DNA of 62,000 nucleotides, the filler included. It is 3 parts of 3 records of this genome, joined end to end, with 100 filler letters (N's around TTAATTAATTAA, not from the genome) between each part and the next. Parts side by side here need not be neighbours in the genome. Positions count along the whole stretch, not along the records: positions 30,044 to 62,000 come from SRR20825010_7145; 2 more parts are not named here. The stretch is one strand, 5' to 3'. This document shows, one piece after another, positions 40,220-50,272 of this stretch. Both the position numbers and the translations under genes were made by a program. Position 1 is the first letter of the stretch, and each line of letters opens with the position of its first letter. Below the pieces are notes generated by a model. The model saw only the letters and a program-made list of their open reading frames with translations, was not told the origin of the DNA and ran no database searches.

Positions 40220-41698
40220 ATGAACCAAGCTGAAAGTCGAAGAAAAATTATCAAGCAACTTATGCTCGGTGGTTTTGGGATTTATCTAGTTGGATGCTCG
40301 TCTCCTGAAACAAAAAACACGGTTGTTGAGCCAATTCCAGACAAAAAACCAGACGAACCAGAAAAAGAGATCGCGCCTGTAATTCCAAATGTGACTTATT
40401 TCAAAAAGGACAATGAAGAATTTGGAGCACTTGCCGAATACTTCAGTCTACATTCTCTCAAAGTTCCGCTCATTATTGCTCTCGTAGAAAACGAATTGGG
40501 CGTTGCCGAGGCCATTGCCTTTGCTAAAGAAAATAACTTGCCAGTTTCAGTAAAAAGTGGCGGACATAGCTTTGAAGGATTTTCTTCCAATAATGGCGGC
40601 TTAGTGATCAATCTGAGCTTGTTAAAATCGAAAGCATGGGATGGAAATAAACTCACCGTTGGACCGGCTGTTCTACTCAAAGAATTGTACGATGAAACGC
40701 TTCCAAAAGGGCGAATTGTTCCTGCCGGCTCCTGCGGAACGGTGGGAATTGGAGGTTTAGCACTTGGTGGAGGATACGGCTTTTTCGCACGGAAATATGG
40801 ACTCACCTGCGACAACCTCATCGCGGCAACACTCGTAGATGGAAATGGAAAAATACATTCGCTTTCTGGAAAAGACGAGGGTTTGTGGGCACTGAGAGGA
40901 GGAGGAAACGGAAATTTTGGTGTAGTCACATCCATGACGTTTCAAACACATCCTGCACCGAAACATTTCGACTTTTATCGTTTTAAAGCCTATAAATTAG
41001 ACGGCGAAAGAGCGCAATCCATTTTAGAAGCGTGGTTTTCATTAACCGCAGAATTGCCGAATAGCTGTTTTTCTGCGTTTGTTCTTAACGGGAGCTCACT
41101 CACCATATTAATCACCAACTTTGAAGGAGAAAGCGACGTATTATCCTCAGCAATAGCTGGACTAACGAAAATCACCGACAAGCAGACCAAAGGCGTTGCG
41201 ACCGATGTTGCGAAGCAGTTACAAAATTATTATGGTGTTCAGCATCCGATTTATTTCAAAAATGCCTCAGCGGGATATTATCAAACTTTTTCGGACATTG
41301 AAGGCTGCATTTCTGAAGTGGTTCAGAAAGTGACCTCAACACCGGGGCTGATCTATCAAGTCAACACGCTTGGTGGGAAAATCAACGATGGTAATTTTTC
41401 ACAAGCATCCTGTTATCCTCATCGTGAGTTTGGTTATCTAAGTGAATTACAATCCTATTGGAACGAAGGACAAAACACTAAACGCGATAATTACCTCCGA
41501 ATTTTTGAAGAAATCCAAACGCTCTTTTTTGAAAATGGGAACCGTAGACAATATCGTAACTATCCGAGTATTGGTTTTAAACACTGGGAAGAAGCCTATT
41601 TCGATGAAAATTATGAGCGCCTTCAATGGATTAAGAAAAAATACGATCCGCAGAATATCATTCGCCATCCGCAAAGTGTACGATTAAAATCCACCTAA
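40220..41698 (+). CDS. FAD-binding oxidoreductase, berberine-bridge-enzyme/VAO family; Tat-exported lipoprotein
   Basis: 'SRRKIIK' twin-Arg plus lipobox LVGC; 'VKSGGHSFEG' (His), 'AGSCGTVGIGG' (Cys), 'WALRGGG', BBE tail 'YRNY...KKKYDPQN'. Confidence 0.88.
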   Translation: MNQAESRRKIIKQLMLGGFGIYLVGCSSPETKNTVVEPIPDKKPDEPEKEIAPVIPNVTYFKKDNEEFGALAEYFSLHSLKVPLIIALVENELGVAEAIAFAKENNLPVSVKSGGHSFEGFSSNNGGLVINLSLLKSKAWDGNKLTVGPAVLLKELYDETLPKGRIVPAGSCGTVGIGGLALGGGYGFFARKYGLTCDNLIAATLVDGNGKIHSLSGKDEGLWALRGGGNGNFGVVTSMTFQTHPAPKHFDFYRFKAYKLDGERAQSILEAWFSLTAELPNSCFSAFVLNGSSLTILITNFEGESDVLSSAIAGLTKITDKQTKGVATDVAKQLQNYYGVQHPIYFKNASAGYYQTFSDIEGCISEVVQKVTSTPGLIYQVNTLGGKINDGNFSQASCYPHREFGYLSELQSYWNEGQNTKRDNYLRIFEEIQTLFFENGNRRQYRNYPSIGFKHWEEAYFDENYERLQWIKKKYDPQNIIRHPQSVRLKST

Positions 41699-41707
41699 TA
41701 TGCTGCG

Positions 41708-42544
41708 CTAATTCTTCACAAAAGGAACTACTTTTTCGCTGCCAGTTTTATCGCGAACAGTAATAAAATACATTCCCGCATCTCCCGATAGCGTGTAGTT
41801 GACTTCTGATAAACCGTTCACAGTAAACTGGTCCATTGATCTTCCTTGTGCATCACTGATTTTAACCTCGGCAAAATCAACTAGCTCACTAAAATGGATT
41901 CTAAAATCACCATTTGATGGATTTGGGTACACTTTTACATTTCTATCTAGCGAATATTCTGCTTCGCCAACCAAAGGAGAATTACTCGCTTGCACACAAA
42001 CATCATCTACCATCCATGCGAATCCTGGTGCTCCTTCATAAAAGAAACCAATGGTTATAGTAGATGCCCCAGATGCTACAGCAGAAATATCAACCAACAT
42101 CATCTCTGGATTTGCAGTTGTTGCTCCTGAAATCATATTATCGTGCACAGGGAAATGAGTCCATGTAGAACCTCCGTCAACTGAAGCTTGAACCCAACAG
42201 AATCCAGCGTCGTGCTTGTAATATGATTCAAAACAAACGTAGACAAACGGGTACCCTGTTGCATCAGCGTTCCCTGTCATCGTAATGGACGCCAATTGGT
42301 CTGCTCCAGAAGTCGCTACAAATTCCGAATCAAACAAGGCAAAATCTCCTCCAGAAGTTGAACTAATCACACCCATTAGTTGCGAATTCGATCCTTGAGG
42401 TCCCGTAGATGTGACCACCCAACTTCCATTAGTACCAGGATTGGCAATATAACTTCCTGGGGCAGAAAAATCGGTTTGGAACACAGTAACTTGAGCTGAA
42501 ACTGCAAAAGTCAATAGGGTAAATAAGAGTAAAGTTGATTTCAT
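41708..42544 (-). CDS. T9SS type A sorting-domain protein (cleaved-adhesin-like)
   Basis: Signal peptide; 'WMVDDVCV'; C-terminal domain 'VYPNPSNG...GMYFITV'. Confidence 0.8.
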   Translation of the reverse strand: MKSTLLLFTLLTFAVSAQVTVFQTDFSAPGSYIANPGTNGSWVVTSTGPQGSNSQLMGVISSTSGGDFALFDSEFVATSGADQLASITMTGNADATGYPFVYVCFESYYKHDAGFCWVQASVDGGSTWTHFPVHDNMISGATTANPEMMLVDISAVASGASTITIGFFYEGAPGFAWMVDDVCVQASNSPLVGEAEYSLDRNVKVYPNPSNGDFRIHFSELVDFAEVKISDAQGRSMDQFTVNGLSEVNYTLSGDAGMYFITVRDKTGSEKVVPFVKN

Positions 42545-42698
42545 ATTTTAACTATTTTTCAGTTTAAAGCCCTAGTTACTAAACTCTCTACAAAATAATA
42601 CTGATTAAATTAATCATATAAGAATTGTACACATGGAGTTATTAATAATATCGGTAAGGCTCTGTATTGACTATTAAACAAATGTCTACTTTTAAACT

Positions 42699-42983
42699 AT
42701 GAAGAAAATGCTTCCATTATTAAAAAACAAATTTTTTATAACATTCGCGGCGTTTGTTATTTATGGAGCATTCTTGGACGAATACGATGTTTTCACAATT
42801 ATCAGTCATCGCAATAAATTGACAAAGCTTGAAAAAGCCAAAGTGATGATGTCGGAAGATTTAGTTGAAACGAAAGAAATCCTCAGTAAACTAAAGTATC
42901 GATCGGAAGTTGAACGATATGCGCGAGAAAAGAAGTTTTTCAAAAAAGACGACGAGGATATTTTTGTAATTTCTTACGAATAG
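42699..42983 (+). CDS. ftsB: Septum formation initiator (FtsB/DivIC family)
   Basis: One TM helix plus coiled coil; 'ERYAREK.F.KK.DED.F'. Confidence 0.75.
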   Translation: MKKMLPLLKNKFFITFAAFVIYGAFLDEYDVFTIISHRNKLTKLEKAKVMMSEDLVETKEILSKLKYRSEVERYAREKKFFKKDDEDIFVISYE

Positions 42984-42995
42984 TAATTTTTTCTA

Positions 42996-44132
42996 TTATT
43001 CAACGAGCGTTGTGATTCTCACATTCGAAAAATAAAACAAGGCAATTTGTCGATAGTTATAGTGACTCCGAGCCATTTTCATTGCTCCCTCTTGACATAA
43101 ACCAACGCCATGTCCAAATCCGCGACCTTCCAATACCACATCTTGTCCTTCTGGGCGTGTGCTAAAGAATGTCGATTTAAGGTTAAATTCTTCACGTAAA
43201 TCGCGCAATGGAATCCCAAGTGCCGGGTGAATATAAAACGCCTTTCGTTGTTCTTGTTCAAATCGAAAAATCATTGGGCCAATAACCGTATCGTGGATAG
43301 GAAATCCGTAGCGATCCACTAAAAATCGCCTCCATTTATCCTGTGAAACACGCGTTGTCCAAGTTGCTTGTTTTGTATGAATACAAAATGTATCTAAAAA
43401 TGATTCAACATAAGGCACAGAAGTATTCCATACATGCGCGGCATCGCAGACCTGTCCTCCACAATTGGCTGAAAAGTAAGTCGCAACCACGCGATCATTT
43501 TTGTCAACAATCACCTCGCCTTTTGTTGCTATAACAGCTTCGCGGATATCGGGTGTAAAACGCAACATATTATGATACGCTTGACAATGAACCCCGTCGC
43601 AGAGTTCAAACCCTTCCTTTTTATGTCGCGTTTGATTTTTCAGCGCATACGTCCGACTCATTAACGCTTGAACTTTATAGTACTCAAGATGCTGTCCCCC
43701 GCCACCTTCAGATTCGATCACGCCAGACAAATAATCTTCCATCGAAACAAGGTTTACAATCGCTAGTCTTCCTTCAACCACTTTAATTTCGAATGCATCT
43801 TCATACTTTCGCTCACGCGCCGCGGGTACTTTTGACTGAATAATTATCGCTGCATCTGGCTCGTCTGATTTAACCGTGATTTTCGAAAATGTACCTTTGG
43901 CAACTGTATTGTAGGCTAGTTTTATTTTACCAGAACTAAGTTGTAATTCAATAAATTGAAATTGCTCCAATTTACCAATGAATGTAGTGTCTGCGTAAAC
44001 ATTGTAGGTTCCTTTGAAATGACTCAAGTTTACTCTACTCACCTTGTAGTCACGAAGCACTCCAATTCGCATTTGCTGAGCGAATGAATGACAACTAACC
44101 AAAAGAATTACTATGACTAAACTAAATTTCAC
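42996..44132 (-). CDS. SpoIID/LytB domain protein (peptidoglycan lytic transglycosylase-like)
   Basis: 'EDYLSGV..SE', 'QAL.SRTYA', 'LCDGVHCQAY', 'GRGFGHGVGLCQEGA'. Confidence 0.9.
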   Translation of the reverse strand: MKFSLVIVILLVSCHSFAQQMRIGVLRDYKVSRVNLSHFKGTYNVYADTTFIGKLEQFQFIELQLSSGKIKLAYNTVAKGTFSKITVKSDEPDAAIIIQSKVPAARERKYEDAFEIKVVEGRLAIVNLVSMEDYLSGVIESEGGGGQHLEYYKVQALMSRTYALKNQTRHKKEGFELCDGVHCQAYHNMLRFTPDIREAVIATKGEVIVDKNDRVVATYFSANCGGQVCDAAHVWNTSVPYVESFLDTFCIHTKQATWTTRVSQDKWRRFLVDRYGFPIHDTVIGPMIFRFEQEQRKAFYIHPALGIPLRDLREEFNLKSTFFSTRPEGQDVVLEGRGFGHGVGLCQEGAMKMARSHYNYRQIALFYFSNVRITTLVE

Positions 44133-44174
44133 GCTCTAAATTTACCAATCAGTTAAGTACAACAGAACCAACGT

Positions 44175-45299
44175 TTAAATACTTGTTAACAAGGATTGTG
44201 CAACTTTCATACTCGCACCACCACCGCCGAGCACTCTCTCGAGTTCTTCATAGCTTGCCAGCATCTCTTTTCGTTCCGTTCCATCCACTAAAAGCTTATC
44301 TAATTCCGCTCTAATTGCCTTTGGATTACAATCATGTTGAATTAATTCTTTCACCACTTCTCGGTCCATAATTAAATTGACCAACGAAATGAATTTCACT
44401 TTCACCAAGCGCTTTGCAATGGAATACGAAACTGCCGAACTCTTGTAGCAAACTACTTCAGGAACCTTAAACAACGCTGTTTCCAAAGTTGCCGTTCCAG
44501 ACGTCACAACTGCGGCATGTGACAACGCTAAAAGTCGATACGTTTCATTAAAAATGATCTTTACTTCGTTAGAAACGATCCCACGATAAAACTCAGGATC
44601 GAGACTTGGAGCTCCCGCCACAACAACCTGGTAATCAGGATAGCTTTTTAGCGCTTCCATCATTACAGGCAACTTCTTCTTCACCTCTTGTTTTCGGCTT
44701 CCTGGCAATACCGCGATAATTGGACGATCATCCAACGCGTGCTTTTTCTTGTATGCTGCGATTTCTTCGGTTGAAAAAGAATGCTTTGCGATTTCATCTA
44801 ACAGCGGATGTCCAACATACTCCACCGAATAATCGAATTGCTCATAAAAAGGTTTCTCGAAAGGCAAAATCACAAACATCTTGTCTACAATTTTCTTGAT
44901 TTTATGTACGCGTTTCTGTTTCCATGCCCACACTTGCGGTGAGATATAATACATGACTGGAATCCCTTGCTCCTTTGCCCATTCGGCGATTCGCAAGTTA
45001 AACCCTGGATAATCGACCAAAATAAGAGCGTCAGGTTTGTAAGCCAAGATATCCTCTTTACAAAACGCAATGTTTTTGAAAATGGTTCGAAGATTAGAAA
45101 CAACTTCTAAAAATCCCATGAAAGCTAAATCACGAATGTGTTTCACTAAACCGTCATGAACACCTTGCATTCTATCACCACCCCAAAATCTAAAGTCCAA
45201 CTCCGCATTTTCATGCAATAATGCTTCCATTAAATTTGAGGCGTGCAAATCTCCAGAAGCCTCTCCTGCAATAATGTAGAGTTTCTTTTTTTGTGACAT
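44175..45299 (-). CDS. lpxB: Lipid-A-disaccharide synthase
   Basis: 'IAGEASGDLH', 'VDYPGFN', 'SPQVWAWK', 'LPFE', 'VGHPL', 'LPGSR', 'SGTATLE'. Confidence 0.97.
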   Translation of the reverse strand: MSQKKKLYIIAGEASGDLHASNLMEALLHENAELDFRFWGGDRMQGVHDGLVKHIRDLAFMGFLEVVSNLRTIFKNIAFCKEDILAYKPDALILVDYPGFNLRIAEWAKEQGIPVMYYISPQVWAWKQKRVHKIKKIVDKMFVILPFEKPFYEQFDYSVEYVGHPLLDEIAKHSFSTEEIAAYKKKHALDDRPIIAVLPGSRKQEVKKKLPVMMEALKSYPDYQVVVAGAPSLDPEFYRGIVSNEVKIIFNETYRLLALSHAAVVTSGTATLETALFKVPEVVCYKSSAVSYSIAKRLVKVKFISLVNLIMDREVVKELIQHDCNPKAIRAELDKLLVDGTERKEMLASYEELERVLGGGGASMKVAQSLLTSI

Positions 45300-45300
45300 T

Positions 45301-45606
45301 CTAGAAAAATTTGATGTAAATCACATACGGTGCAAATGCAAATGATCCCAAAATGACTCCTCTTGCCATATTATATCGTTCTCTATTGAGAAAAAAGTAA
45401 AACCAAATCAAATTCGCTATAATCGAAATGGTAAGAATCTTGATTCTGAATTGCGTGTTGAAGGAAAACTTACTCCAAAGTACTTCGAAATAATAATCTT
45501 GAGCCCAGGCAATAAAAAACAATACAATGGGAACAAAAACCAATGGCGTAATTATTCCGATCGCCATTCCCTTTAAATGATCAGGGGTAAACTTTTTAGC
45601 ACTCAT
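45301..45606 (-). CDS. Hypothetical membrane protein
   Basis: Three TM helices; tightly packed between surE and lpxB. Confidence 0.7.
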   Translation of the reverse strand: MSAKKFTPDHLKGMAIGIITPLVFVPIVLFFIAWAQDYYFEVLWSKFSFNTQFRIKILTISIIANLIWFYFFLNRERYNMARGVILGSFAFAPYVIYIKFF

Positions 45607-46367
45607 AATTTCCAGTTTTCCAATTCATTCATTACCTCGTACGCCGTCATATCAAAATGCGTGGGTACAATCGTTGCATATCCTTGTTCTATCCAAAACA
45701 GATCAGTATCCGTTCTATCTCCTTGTCCTTTAAACTCTCCAGTCAGCCAATAATACGGTCTCCCGAATTGATCTTCGCGTTTGTCAAACCTATCTTCCCA
45801 GTACGCATGTGCTTGGCGGCAAACCTTCATTCCTTTAAAATCAGATTTTTGAACATCAGGAATATTCACATTTAGGCAAACACCCGATGGAATTCCATGT
45901 TCAAGCACGTGGGAAACTGTACTTTTTACAACTTCCTTCGCAAGGTCAAAATCTGCATCCGCTCCATACGCACAAAGCGAAAAACCGATAGACGGAATTC
46001 CTTCCATTGCTCCCTCAACTGCAGCAGACATTGTACCTGAATACAACACATTTGTCGCTGTATTTGCTCCGTGGTTTATTCCAGAAACAATTAAATCCGG
46101 CTTTTGCTTTATGATTTCCCAAACTGCTAGTTTTACACAATCTACTGGAGTTCCAGAACAAGAATAAGCTTCACAATCTGTAAACAATTGAGAGCGATCT
46201 AGGCGCAAAGGTTCGTTTATAGTAATCGCGTGCCCCATCCCCGATTGTGGAGAATCTGGCGCAACAACTACAATGTCTCCAAACTCTTTGACAGCATCGT
46301 ATAGCGACCGAATTCCTTTAGCCGAAATACTATCATCATTTGTTACCAAAATTAATGGTCGTTTCAT
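45603..46367 (-). CDS. surE: 5'/3'-nucleotidase SurE
   Basis: 'ILVTNDDS', 'VAP..PQSG', 'GTPVDCV', 'SGINHG.N....YSGT'. Confidence 0.97.
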   Translation of the reverse strand: MKRPLILVTNDDSISAKGIRSLYDAVKEFGDIVVVAPDSPQSGMGHAITINEPLRLDRSQLFTDCEAYSCSGTPVDCVKLAVWEIIKQKPDLIVSGINHGANTATNVLYSGTMSAAVEGAMEGIPSIGFSLCAYGADADFDLAKEVVKSTVSHVLEHGIPSGVCLNVNIPDVQKSDFKGMKVCRQAHAYWEDRFDKREDQFGRPYYWLTGEFKGQGDRTDTDLFWIEQGYATIVPTHFDMTAYEVMNELENWKL

Positions 46368-46496
46368 GCTCTTTTTCTATTACAATTTAAAGGTGCACGA
46401 AAGTAACGAAAGTTCTGAGAATCTTTGGCACATTTCCTGTTTGGTTTGCTCTGAATTCGCTACATTTGAAGCGAGTCAATAACTCATTATCAAAGT

Positions 46497-47087
46497 ATGA
46501 AGGGAACCATGACAACTAAAGATCTCCTCAAGATTGTTTCTGATATCAGTCAAGAGAACATCGAACTTGTTTCAAAGTTTGTAAAAAAAATGAGTGATCA
46601 TCAGTTAAATTGGAGACCAAATACGAGCGTTTGGAGTGTTACACAGGTACTTGCTCATTTGAATGCCTATGCCAATTACTACCACCCCGTTTTCACACGA
46701 AGAATAGAGAATACGCGCTTTACATCAACAAAAGAAGAATTTTTGAGCTCACCTCTTGGTAAATCTGCATGGAAGTCCATGAAACTTGGAAATGCCAAAA
46801 ATATTAAGCGAAAATTTAAAGCACAGAAAGGATATAATCCAATGATTGATCCTGAACTAGTAACTGGAGATGAGGTAAATAAATTTCTCGCCAGCCAAAA
46901 CGAAATGCTTGTAATTGCTCAAAAATCAGCTGATGTGAACTTAAAACGTGTGAAAATTCCTATTTCGATTTCAAAAATCGTACGTTTAAGATTAGGAGAT
47001 GCATTGTTGTTTGTCACTTACCACAATGAACGACATCTTCAACAAGTAATGAACTTAAGAAACCATCCAAATTTTCCTAAAAAATAA
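46497..47087 (+). CDS. DinB family protein
   Basis: 'LNWRP...WSV.QVLAHL' and 'HNERHLQQ' His motifs. TACATTTG at 46461-46468. Confidence 0.85.
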   Translation: MKGTMTTKDLLKIVSDISQENIELVSKFVKKMSDHQLNWRPNTSVWSVTQVLAHLNAYANYYHPVFTRRIENTRFTSTKEEFLSSPLGKSAWKSMKLGNAKNIKRKFKAQKGYNPMIDPELVTGDEVNKFLASQNEMLVIAQKSADVNLKRVKIPISISKIVRLRLGDALLFVTYHNERHLQQVMNLRNHPNFPKK

Positions 47088-47839
47088 TGGCGAATAAGCA
47101 AGGGTATTGTTCTGTAAGCGTGGCTCCATTGAGAGCTGGAAACAGAGATCAAACTGAAATTGTATCACAGTTATTATTTGGTGAACTTGTAGAAGTGATT
47201 GAATTGGAAATCCCATGGGCGAAAGTTACAACACTTGCCGATGGATATACTGGATTCATCGATTACAAGCACATCCAATTTTTAACAGAAAAAGAGGCAC
47301 GACGTTGGCACGAAGGTCTTTCTTACCTATCGGAAAGAGAAGTCCAACTCACTACACCATGGGGAAAACAGTGGATCTGCAGAGGTTCTTCCATCCCAGA
47401 AAACGTGAAGGAATTTAACATTGGTGATGATCAATTCACTTTGGATTCTGCTGTAAAACCGAATAATTTAACCGCTTTTGAATTAGCGGAAGAATATATC
47501 AACACTCCCTATTTATGGGGTGGAAAAACACCGTATGGAATAGATTGCTCAGGAATTACCCAAGTAATTTATCGTTTTCTTGGATTCAATCTACCCAGGG
47601 ATACTGCTGAGCAAATCGAGCACGGAGTCGACGTCCCTTTTGATGAAATTGAATCCGGAGATCTCGCCTATTTCACCAATAAACTAGGAAAAGTAACCCA
47701 TGTAGGCATTGCCGATGGGAATGGAAATATAATTCATGCGAGCGGTTGTGTACGCAAAGACCAACTCACGGAGGAAGGAATAATTCACTCCACTAAAAAT
47801 GAATTAACTCATACCATGTTTGTGATTAAACGACTTTAA
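47087..47839 (+). CDS. NlpC/P60 (C40) peptidase with N-terminal SH3b domain (YkfC-like)
   Basis: 'SQLLFGE', 'PYLWGGK', catalytic 'GIDCSG', 'HVGI', 'IIHAS'. Confidence 0.92.
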   Translation: MANKQGYCSVSVAPLRAGNRDQTEIVSQLLFGELVEVIELEIPWAKVTTLADGYTGFIDYKHIQFLTEKEARRWHEGLSYLSEREVQLTTPWGKQWICRGSSIPENVKEFNIGDDQFTLDSAVKPNNLTAFELAEEYINTPYLWGGKTPYGIDCSGITQVIYRFLGFNLPRDTAEQIEHGVDVPFDEIESGDLAYFTNKLGKVTHVGIADGNGNIIHASGCVRKDQLTEEGIIHSTKNELTHTMFVIKRL

Positions 47840-47916
47840 TCCATAACGTGAAATGATCAGAACTCGCCCTTTTTAACTAAAAATAAATTAATCATATTTG
47901 CATTAAATCTACTAGA

Positions 47917-48834
47917 ATGAAAATATTAATCACGGGTGGCGCAGGCTTTATCGGAAGTAACTTAGCAAAACGGCTAGTATCTGACGGCCATCAGGTTGTT
48001 GTGCTAGACTCCTTACTTCGTGGAAATAAATTAGACAAACAAACATTTGCCAAAATTGAATTTATTAAAGGCGATGTTCGCTCCCTGGACACTGTTGTAA
48101 AAGCTTCAAGTGGCTGTGATTTAATTTTTCATTTCGCTGCAGTTCTTGGTGTTGATATTGTTGCTGACAATCCTGTTGAGACAATGGATGTGGAAGTTGT
48201 TGGAACACGAAATGTGGTAGACGCCGCGGAAATCAACAACATCAAAAAGATCATGTATGCGTCAACAAGCGGTATTTATGGTCACTCTGCGATTGAAAAT
48301 GCCCTTACGGAAGAAGTACTCGTTGATCCTAGAACGTCTTATGCGATGGCGAAGCGTTACAATGAAATCTACTTGGCTTCTCACCATGAAGAAAAAGGCT
48401 TGGATGCAATTGCCTTGAGATTTTTCAACGTATATGGTGCAAATCAAGACAATCGAATGGTAATTCCTCTTTTCTTCGAGCAAGCAATAGCTCAAGAAAA
48501 CATTACTGTTTTTGGTACAGGAAAACAAACCCGCGATTTTACCTATATCGACGATACGATCGAGGCATGTGTGCGTTTAATGGACAGAAAAGGATTCCAC
48601 ATTGTGAATATTGCAAACGAGGCCGAATGGTGTATTATCGATGTTGCAAATGTCATTAAGGACATCACTAAGTCTTCCTCCAAAATAGTATATATTGAAG
48701 CTCCGAAGAAACGCTACGATTACGAAGTTGAACGACGCGTAGGAAGCTCCAAAAAATTGAAAGAATTAACAAGTTACAAACCGGATACCACATTAAAAGA
48801 GGGACTCCAACATATTTACAATCAAAATTACTAG
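47917..48834 (+). CDS. NAD-dependent nucleotide-sugar epimerase/dehydratase
   Basis: 'TGGAGFIGS', YxxxK 'YAMAK', 'RFFNVYG', 'GKQTRDFTYIDD'. Confidence 0.92.
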   Translation: MKILITGGAGFIGSNLAKRLVSDGHQVVVLDSLLRGNKLDKQTFAKIEFIKGDVRSLDTVVKASSGCDLIFHFAAVLGVDIVADNPVETMDVEVVGTRNVVDAAEINNIKKIMYASTSGIYGHSAIENALTEEVLVDPRTSYAMAKRYNEIYLASHHEEKGLDAIALRFFNVYGANQDNRMVIPLFFEQAIAQENITVFGTGKQTRDFTYIDDTIEACVRLMDRKGFHIVNIANEAEWCIIDVANVIKDITKSSSKIVYIEAPKKRYDYEVERRVGSSKKLKELTSYKPDTTLKEGLQHIYNQNY

Positions 48835-48856
48835 TCAAAATTACTAGTCAAAATTA
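48822..48856 (+). repeat. Tandem 13-nt repeat (TCAAAATTACTAG, about 2.7 copies) spanning the epimerase stop and glyA start
   Basis: Copies at 48822-48834 and 48835-48847; partial copy 48848-48856 runs into the glyA ATG. Confidence 0.85.
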
Positions 48857-50130
48857 TGGCAAGAGACACTAAAATTTTCGCCCTTATTGAAGCTGAAAAA
48901 CAACGTCAATTAAACGGAATCGAGCTGATCGCTTCTGAAAACTTCGTGAGTGATGACGTAATGAACGCGATGGGAAGCGTTCTTACAAATAAATACGCGG
49001 AAGGACTTCCTGGAAAACGCTATTATGGTGGTTGCCAAATTGTCGATGAAGTTGAAACACTTGCCATTGATCGATTGAAAGAATTGTTTGGTGCGGAATG
49101 GGTTAACGTTCAGCCGCATTCAGGCGCTCAAGCTAACACTGCTGTTTTTCTGGCATGTTTGCAACCAGGAGATAAAATTTTAGGCTTCGATCTCTCTCAT
49201 GGCGGACACTTGACACACGGTTCTCCTGTGAATTTCTCTGGAAAATTCTTTGAGCCACATTTTTACGGAGTCAACAAAGAAACAGGTCGCGTTGATTATG
49301 ACCTGATGGAAGAAGTTGCCATGCGCGAAAAGCCAAAAATGATTATTTGTGGAGCTTCTGCCTACAGTCGTGATTGGGATTATGAGCGAATTCGTGCAAT
49401 TGCAGATACCATTGGAGCACTTGTATTGGCAGATATCTCGCATCCAGCAGGATTGATCGCTACAGGCTTCCTAAACGATCCAATGAAACATTGCCATATC
49501 GTTACTTCAACAACGCATAAAACACTACGTGGACCGCGTGGAGGAGTAATTATGTTGGGACAAAACTTCGACAATCCATTCGGACTTAAATGGAATAATG
49601 GGAATCCTAAATCGATGGCAGCATTATTAGATGCGGCTGTATTTCCTGGAACACAAGGAGGACCTTTGGAACACGTAATTGCCGCTAAAGCTGTTGCTTT
49701 TGGTGAAGCTCTAACCGACAACTTTAAGGTATATAATCAAAACGTGAAAACGAATGCGAGCGTGATGGCCGATGAATTCGTAAAACGTGGATATTCCGTT
49801 ATTTCTGGGGGAACAGAAAATCACTCTATGTTGATTGATTTGCGTTCGAAAGGTGTGAACGGAAAAGATGCGGAGATCGCACTTGGAAAAGCAGATATCA
49901 CCGTAAATAAAAACATGGTTCCATTTGATACAGAATCACCGTTTGTAACGTCAGGAATTCGAGTAGGAACTCCAGCAATTACTACGCGTGGAGTCGATTC
50001 TTCTGAGATTATTTCAATTGTTGAATTAATCGATGAGGCAATTATTAATAACGCGAATGATGCTAAACTTTCGTCAATTAAAGGAAATGTGAACGACTTA
50101 ATGTCATCAAGACCGCTGTTTAAGTGGTAA
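48856..50130 (+). CDS. glyA: Serine hydroxymethyltransferase
   Basis: 'LIASENF', '[16 protein letters not shown]', '[10 protein letters not shown]', PLP lysine in '[12 protein letters not shown]', 'FPGTQGGP'. Confidence 0.98.
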   Translation: MARDTKIFALIEAEKQRQLNGIELIASENFVSDDVMNAMGSVLTNKYAEGLPGKRYYGGCQIVDEVETLAIDRLKELFGAEWVNVQPHSGAQANTAVFLACLQPGDKILGFDLSHGGHLTHGSPVNFSGKFFEPHFYGVNKETGRVDYDLMEEVAMREKPKMIICGASAYSRDWDYERIRAIADTIGALVLADISHPAGLIATGFLNDPMKHCHIVTSTTHKTLRGPRGGVIMLGQNFDNPFGLKWNNGNPKSMAALLDAAVFPGTQGGPLEHVIAAKAVAFGEALTDNFKVYNQNVKTNASVMADEFVKRGYSVISGGTENHSMLIDLRSKGVNGKDAEIALGKADITVNKNMVPFDTESPFVTSGIRVGTPAITTRGVDSSEIISIVELIDEAIINNANDAKLSSIKGNVNDLMSSRPLFKW

Positions 50131-50152
50131 TCATTTCTCAACTATAACTTTT

Positions 50153-50185
50153 AAACTCCGTGGATTCTTCTTCGGAGTTTTTTTT
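50153..50185 (+). terminator. Intrinsic terminator after glyA
   Basis: AAACTCCG...CGGAGTTT followed by a T run. Confidence 0.75.
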
Positions 50186-50272
50186 CGTCTAATCGCTTAG
50201 ACATGTATCTAAAAACGAAAAGGTTAAATTCAAAAACACGCACTTCCCATTAAATTTTTCCTTATTTGTAAA

